Shown here: piece by piece, positions 61,483-64,000 of the stretch
Layout: each line of letters begins with the position of its first letter
Position numbering within the stretch: position 1 is the first letter of the stretch
Source of the DNA: a bacterium
GTDB taxonomy: Bacteria; Zhuqueibacterota; Zhuqueibacteria; Residuimicrobiales; Krinioviventaceae
DNA length: 64,000 bases
Assembly (NCBI GenBank): GCA_963675755.2
Contig: CAXXMD010000003.1
Location: 2,912,001-2,976,000, forward strand
Direction: 5' to 3'
Program-made: the position numbers and the translations under genes
The notes under the pieces: generated by a model
Seen by the model: the letters and a program-made list of their open reading frames with translations, nothing else
Databases searched by the model: none
What the model was told of the DNA's origin: nothing

Positions 61483-62451
61483 TTAGTGCATTGGTCCTTT
61501 TTGTGGAAACAAATCAGAAATGGACCGTTCTTCATGAATTCTTGCAATGGCCTCTGCCAATAGTTTTGATAAACAAACAATGTTCATGTTGCTCATTTTT
61601 TTCGATTTAGGCAGGTTAATTGAGTTACTTACATACAGTTGAGTAATGTCAGAATTTTCAATTTTTTCTACAGCGTCTCCTGAAAGAAGTGCATGGGTGC
61701 AGGCTACATAAATGTTTTTTGCACCTTTGTCTTTCAGAACTTTGACACCGCTTACAAGCGTACCTGCTGTATCGATGATATCATCAACAATAAGAACATT
61801 TTTATTGTTTACATCACCAATTAGTTCTGTTACATCGCAAACATTATGTTTGATGCGACGCTTATTCAGCATGGCCAAATCTGAGGATAGTCGGCTGGCG
61901 TATGCCCGGGCCAGGTGTATACCGCCAATATCAGGAGAGGCGACAACTAGGTCCGGAATTCCCATCGTTTTAAAGTGATCAATGAATATTGCTGCCGCAT
62001 ATAAATGATCCATGGGTATATCAAAAAATCCCTGAATCTGCGGTGCATGTAAATCCATGGTCAGCACACGGTCCGCGCCGGCTTTGGTAATCAAATTAGC
62101 GACCAGTTTTGAACTGATGGAAACCCTGGGTTGGTCTTTCCGGTCTTGCCGGGCGTAACCAAAGTAGGGTATTACTGCTGTAATGCGTGATGCAGAAGCT
62201 CGTTTAGCCGCATCAATCATGATAAGCAGTTCCAGAAGGTTCTCTGATGGAGCATTTGTAGATTGGATTATAAAGACATCAGTACCGCGAATATTTTCCT
62301 GGTATTTTACCCAAAGCTCACCATCTGAAAAGTTTTTGATTGTGACCTTGCCCAGCTCTATCCCTAAAACATTGGCGATTTTTTGCGCAAGCTCGGGATT
62401 TGACCGACCTGAAAATACCTGAATTTCGCGATTTGATTTGCTCTTTAGCAT
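61483..62451 (-). CDS. prs: Ribose-phosphate pyrophosphokinase
   Basis: FSDGE, PYFGYARQDRK, DLHAPQIQGFF, VDDIIDTAGT. Confidence 0.98.
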   Translation of the reverse strand: MLKSKSNREIQVFSGRSNPELAQKIANVLGIELGKVTIKNFSDGELWVKYQENIRGTDVFIIQSTNAPSENLLELLIMIDAAKRASASRITAVIPYFGYARQDRKDQPRVSISSKLVANLITKAGADRVLTMDLHAPQIQGFFDIPMDHLYAAAIFIDHFKTMGIPDLVVASPDIGGIHLARAYASRLSSDLAMLNKRRIKHNVCDVTELIGDVNNKNVLIVDDIIDTAGTLVSGVKVLKDKGAKNIYVACTHALLSGDAVEKIENSDITQLYVSNSINLPKSKKMSNMNIVCLSKLLAEAIARIHEERSISDLFPQKGPMH

Positions 62452-62545
62452 ACCAATCTGGGTTGTTTAAACTCCATGAAAACGGGTTCGTTGCTATTTG
62501 ATTCTGGCCATGTTAAATTTATTAACATTGACTCACAGTATAAAG

Positions 62546-62581
62546 AAAAAATGACGAAAGCTATATGGTTTTCGTCATTTT
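62546..62581 (-). terminator. Terminator/hairpin downstream of tRNA-Gln
   Basis: AAAATGACGAAA...TTTCGTCATTTT inverted repeat with a T tail on the - strand. Confidence 0.65.
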
Positions 62582-62595
62582 CACTGTGAGATTTG

Positions 62596-62667
62596 CTGGG
62601 GCGGGAGGATTCGAACCTCCGAATGCAGGAACCAAAATCCTGTGTCTTGCCGCTTGACGACGCCCCA
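62596..62667 (-). tRNA. tRNA-Gln(TTG), CCA not encoded
   Basis: TGGGGCG acceptor stem, CAGGA-TTTTGGT-TCCTG anticodon arm, GGTTCGAATCC T arm; classic ispE-tRNAGln-prs position. Confidence 0.96.
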
Positions 62668-62681
62668 AATTTATATCTAAT

Positions 62682-63521
62682 TCAGTTTTGGGGTTCAAAT
62701 AAGAATGTTTTGAACCTGTTTTCAAAAATTGAATTAGCTGCATGCGCCTCTTTTTGAGTTTCAAAAAGACCAAACATTGAAGAGCCGCTGCCAGACATCT
62801 GCGCGTAAAACGCGCCATTGTCATACAATTCAGTTTTTATCTGTTTAAGAACAGGGTGTTGCTTGAATACAATATCTTCAAAATCATTTTCAAGTAAAGT
62901 TTTCCAATCTGTAGTTGGAATAGACTTACTTGTAAAGACGCTAAATTTACTGTTTTTAAATGAATTTGTCAAGCTAAAATTGAATTGTTTATATGCCCAT
63001 GTTGTATCAATATGGTATTCAGGGCAAATAAGCACTCCAAACCAGTTGTTTTCGATTGTAATTGGGTATAATTTTTCCCCTCGGCCTGTGCCTAGCGCAC
63101 TTTTTCCTAAAATGAAAAAAGGTACATCTGAACCCAACTTTGCAGCAAGAGAGAAAAGATGTTCATTTGTTAATCTTGTTTGCCAGAGATGGTTCAAGGT
63201 TATCAAGGTTGCAGCAGCATTACTGCTGCCGCCACCTAAACCCGCACCCGAGGGTATATTCTTTTCCAAACGGATATGGCATCCTTTTGATGAATTGGTT
63301 GTTTGCTTGAGTAAAGCTGCTGCCTTGACAACCAAATTTGTAGAATCTGATGGACACCAGGGAGAGCTGCATTCAAAAGTAATTTTTTCGTTTTGAACGT
63401 TAAATTCCAAACTATCCTTTACGGATATAGTTTGGAAAATGGTTTCTAGCTCGTGAAAGCCATCGCTCCGCTTACCAAGAATTCGTAGACCCAGATTGAT
63501 TTTTGCAAGAGAAGAAACCAC
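62682..63521 (-). CDS. ispE: 4-diphosphocytidyl-2-C-methyl-D-erythritol kinase
   Basis: AKINLGL, IPSGAGLGGGSSNAA, GSDVPFF, MSGSGS. Confidence 0.96.
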   Translation of the reverse strand: MVSSLAKINLGLRILGKRSDGFHELETIFQTISVKDSLEFNVQNEKITFECSSPWCPSDSTNLVVKAAALLKQTTNSSKGCHIRLEKNIPSGAGLGGGSSNAAATLITLNHLWQTRLTNEHLFSLAAKLGSDVPFFILGKSALGTGRGEKLYPITIENNWFGVLICPEYHIDTTWAYKQFNFSLTNSFKNSKFSVFTSKSIPTTDWKTLLENDFEDIVFKQHPVLKQIKTELYDNGAFYAQMSGSGSSMFGLFETQKEAHAANSIFENRFKTFLFEPQN

Positions 63522-63589
63522 TGGTTACCGCTTGATAATTTTATAATCTATACAGAATTTATTGCTCAATATTTTCCCAATACACAGTC

Positions 63590-63862
63590 TTATTTAGTTT
63601 TGGGAAGAATGACCTCTACATCTGTATGGGGACGAGGAATTACATGCACCGAAACCAGTTCGCCAACTTTTTCAGCAGCTGCAGCACCAGCGTCAGTTGC
63701 TGCTTTAACAGCGCCAACATCGCCGCGAACGATTACAGTCATCAATCCACTTCCAACTCTTTCTGTGCCGAGCAACTTTACATTTGCCGCTTTAACCATT
63801 GCATCTGCGGCTTCTATTGCAGGAATGAAACCTCTAGTTTCAACAAGTCCTAATGCTTCCAT
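63590..63862 (-). CDS. Bacterial microcompartment hexameric shell protein (BMC-H, EutM/PduA/CcmK-like)
   Basis: [37 protein letters not shown]; ATG after GGAGG. Confidence 0.95.
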   Translation of the reverse strand: MEALGLVETRGFIPAIEAADAMVKAANVKLLGTERVGSGLMTVIVRGDVGAVKAATDAGAAAAEKVGELVSVHVIPRPHTDVEVILPKTK

Positions 63863-63921
63863 TGTGGGGTAACCCTCCAAAATTTTTCTGCTGTTTTACA
63901 TTGATTATGTATATATTTTAC

Positions 63922-63950
63922 AAAGTAATAAACTTTTAATTGTTTGTCAA
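63922..63950 (-). promoter_or_regulatory. Sigma70 promoter upstream of the BMC-H gene
   Basis: TTGACA-17nt-TACTTT on the - strand. Confidence 0.5.
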
Positions 63951-64000
63951 CTCTTTTTAAGTTTTTTTGTTTGATAAACACATTCAAGAATACAGACTTG

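Noticed and set aside
62561-62824. 87-aa ORF overlapping the ispE 3' end
   Set aside because: It is a spurious translation across tRNA-Gln and its terminator.

Overview
This is an AT-rich, gene-dense bacterial chromosome segment. It is probably from an FCB-group lineage such as candidate division KSB1 or a Calditrichota-like organism; this is an inference from the T9SS-type C-terminal domain, the short RpoD-like sigma factor and the canonical SD and TTGACA promoters. From 1 to 13.5 kb is the end of a Wzx-type polysaccharide locus that has a ~1900-aa gingipain/PorU-like C25 peptidase with two ILEI-type (putative lectin) domains embedded in it. The 13.46-13.86 kb intergenic region has clustered DnaA boxes, an IHF-consensus site and a GAAC-N4-GTTC palindrome, making it a candidate oriC remote from dnaA. 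From 13.9 to 44.6 kb are housekeeping and envelope genes: eno, ftsB, two Omp85-like genes, rsmE, HIT, rpsU, yqeY, cvpA, mutS2, suhB, an M23 peptidase, a sigma70, rmuC, moxR/DUF58, rlmN, an ECF S component, and a trypsin-like protease followed by a GAF kinase and a sigma54 activator. At 44.7-53.7 kb is a compact eight-gene cluster resembling the Myxococcus Agl-Glt trans-envelope motor (AglRQS plus GltC/D/F/G-like and an outer-membrane barrel), with several frameshifts concentrated at 47.9-48.5 kb. From 53.8 to 64 kb are a vWA protein, tsaD, a YbbR-like gene, a small Zn-ribbon gene, rplI-rpsR-ssb-rpsF-pth-rplY-prs-tRNA-Gln-ispE, and a lone BMC-H shell gene. I found no CRISPR array, rRNA, prophage or IS element. 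All functional calls are from motif recognition by eye; no searches were run.
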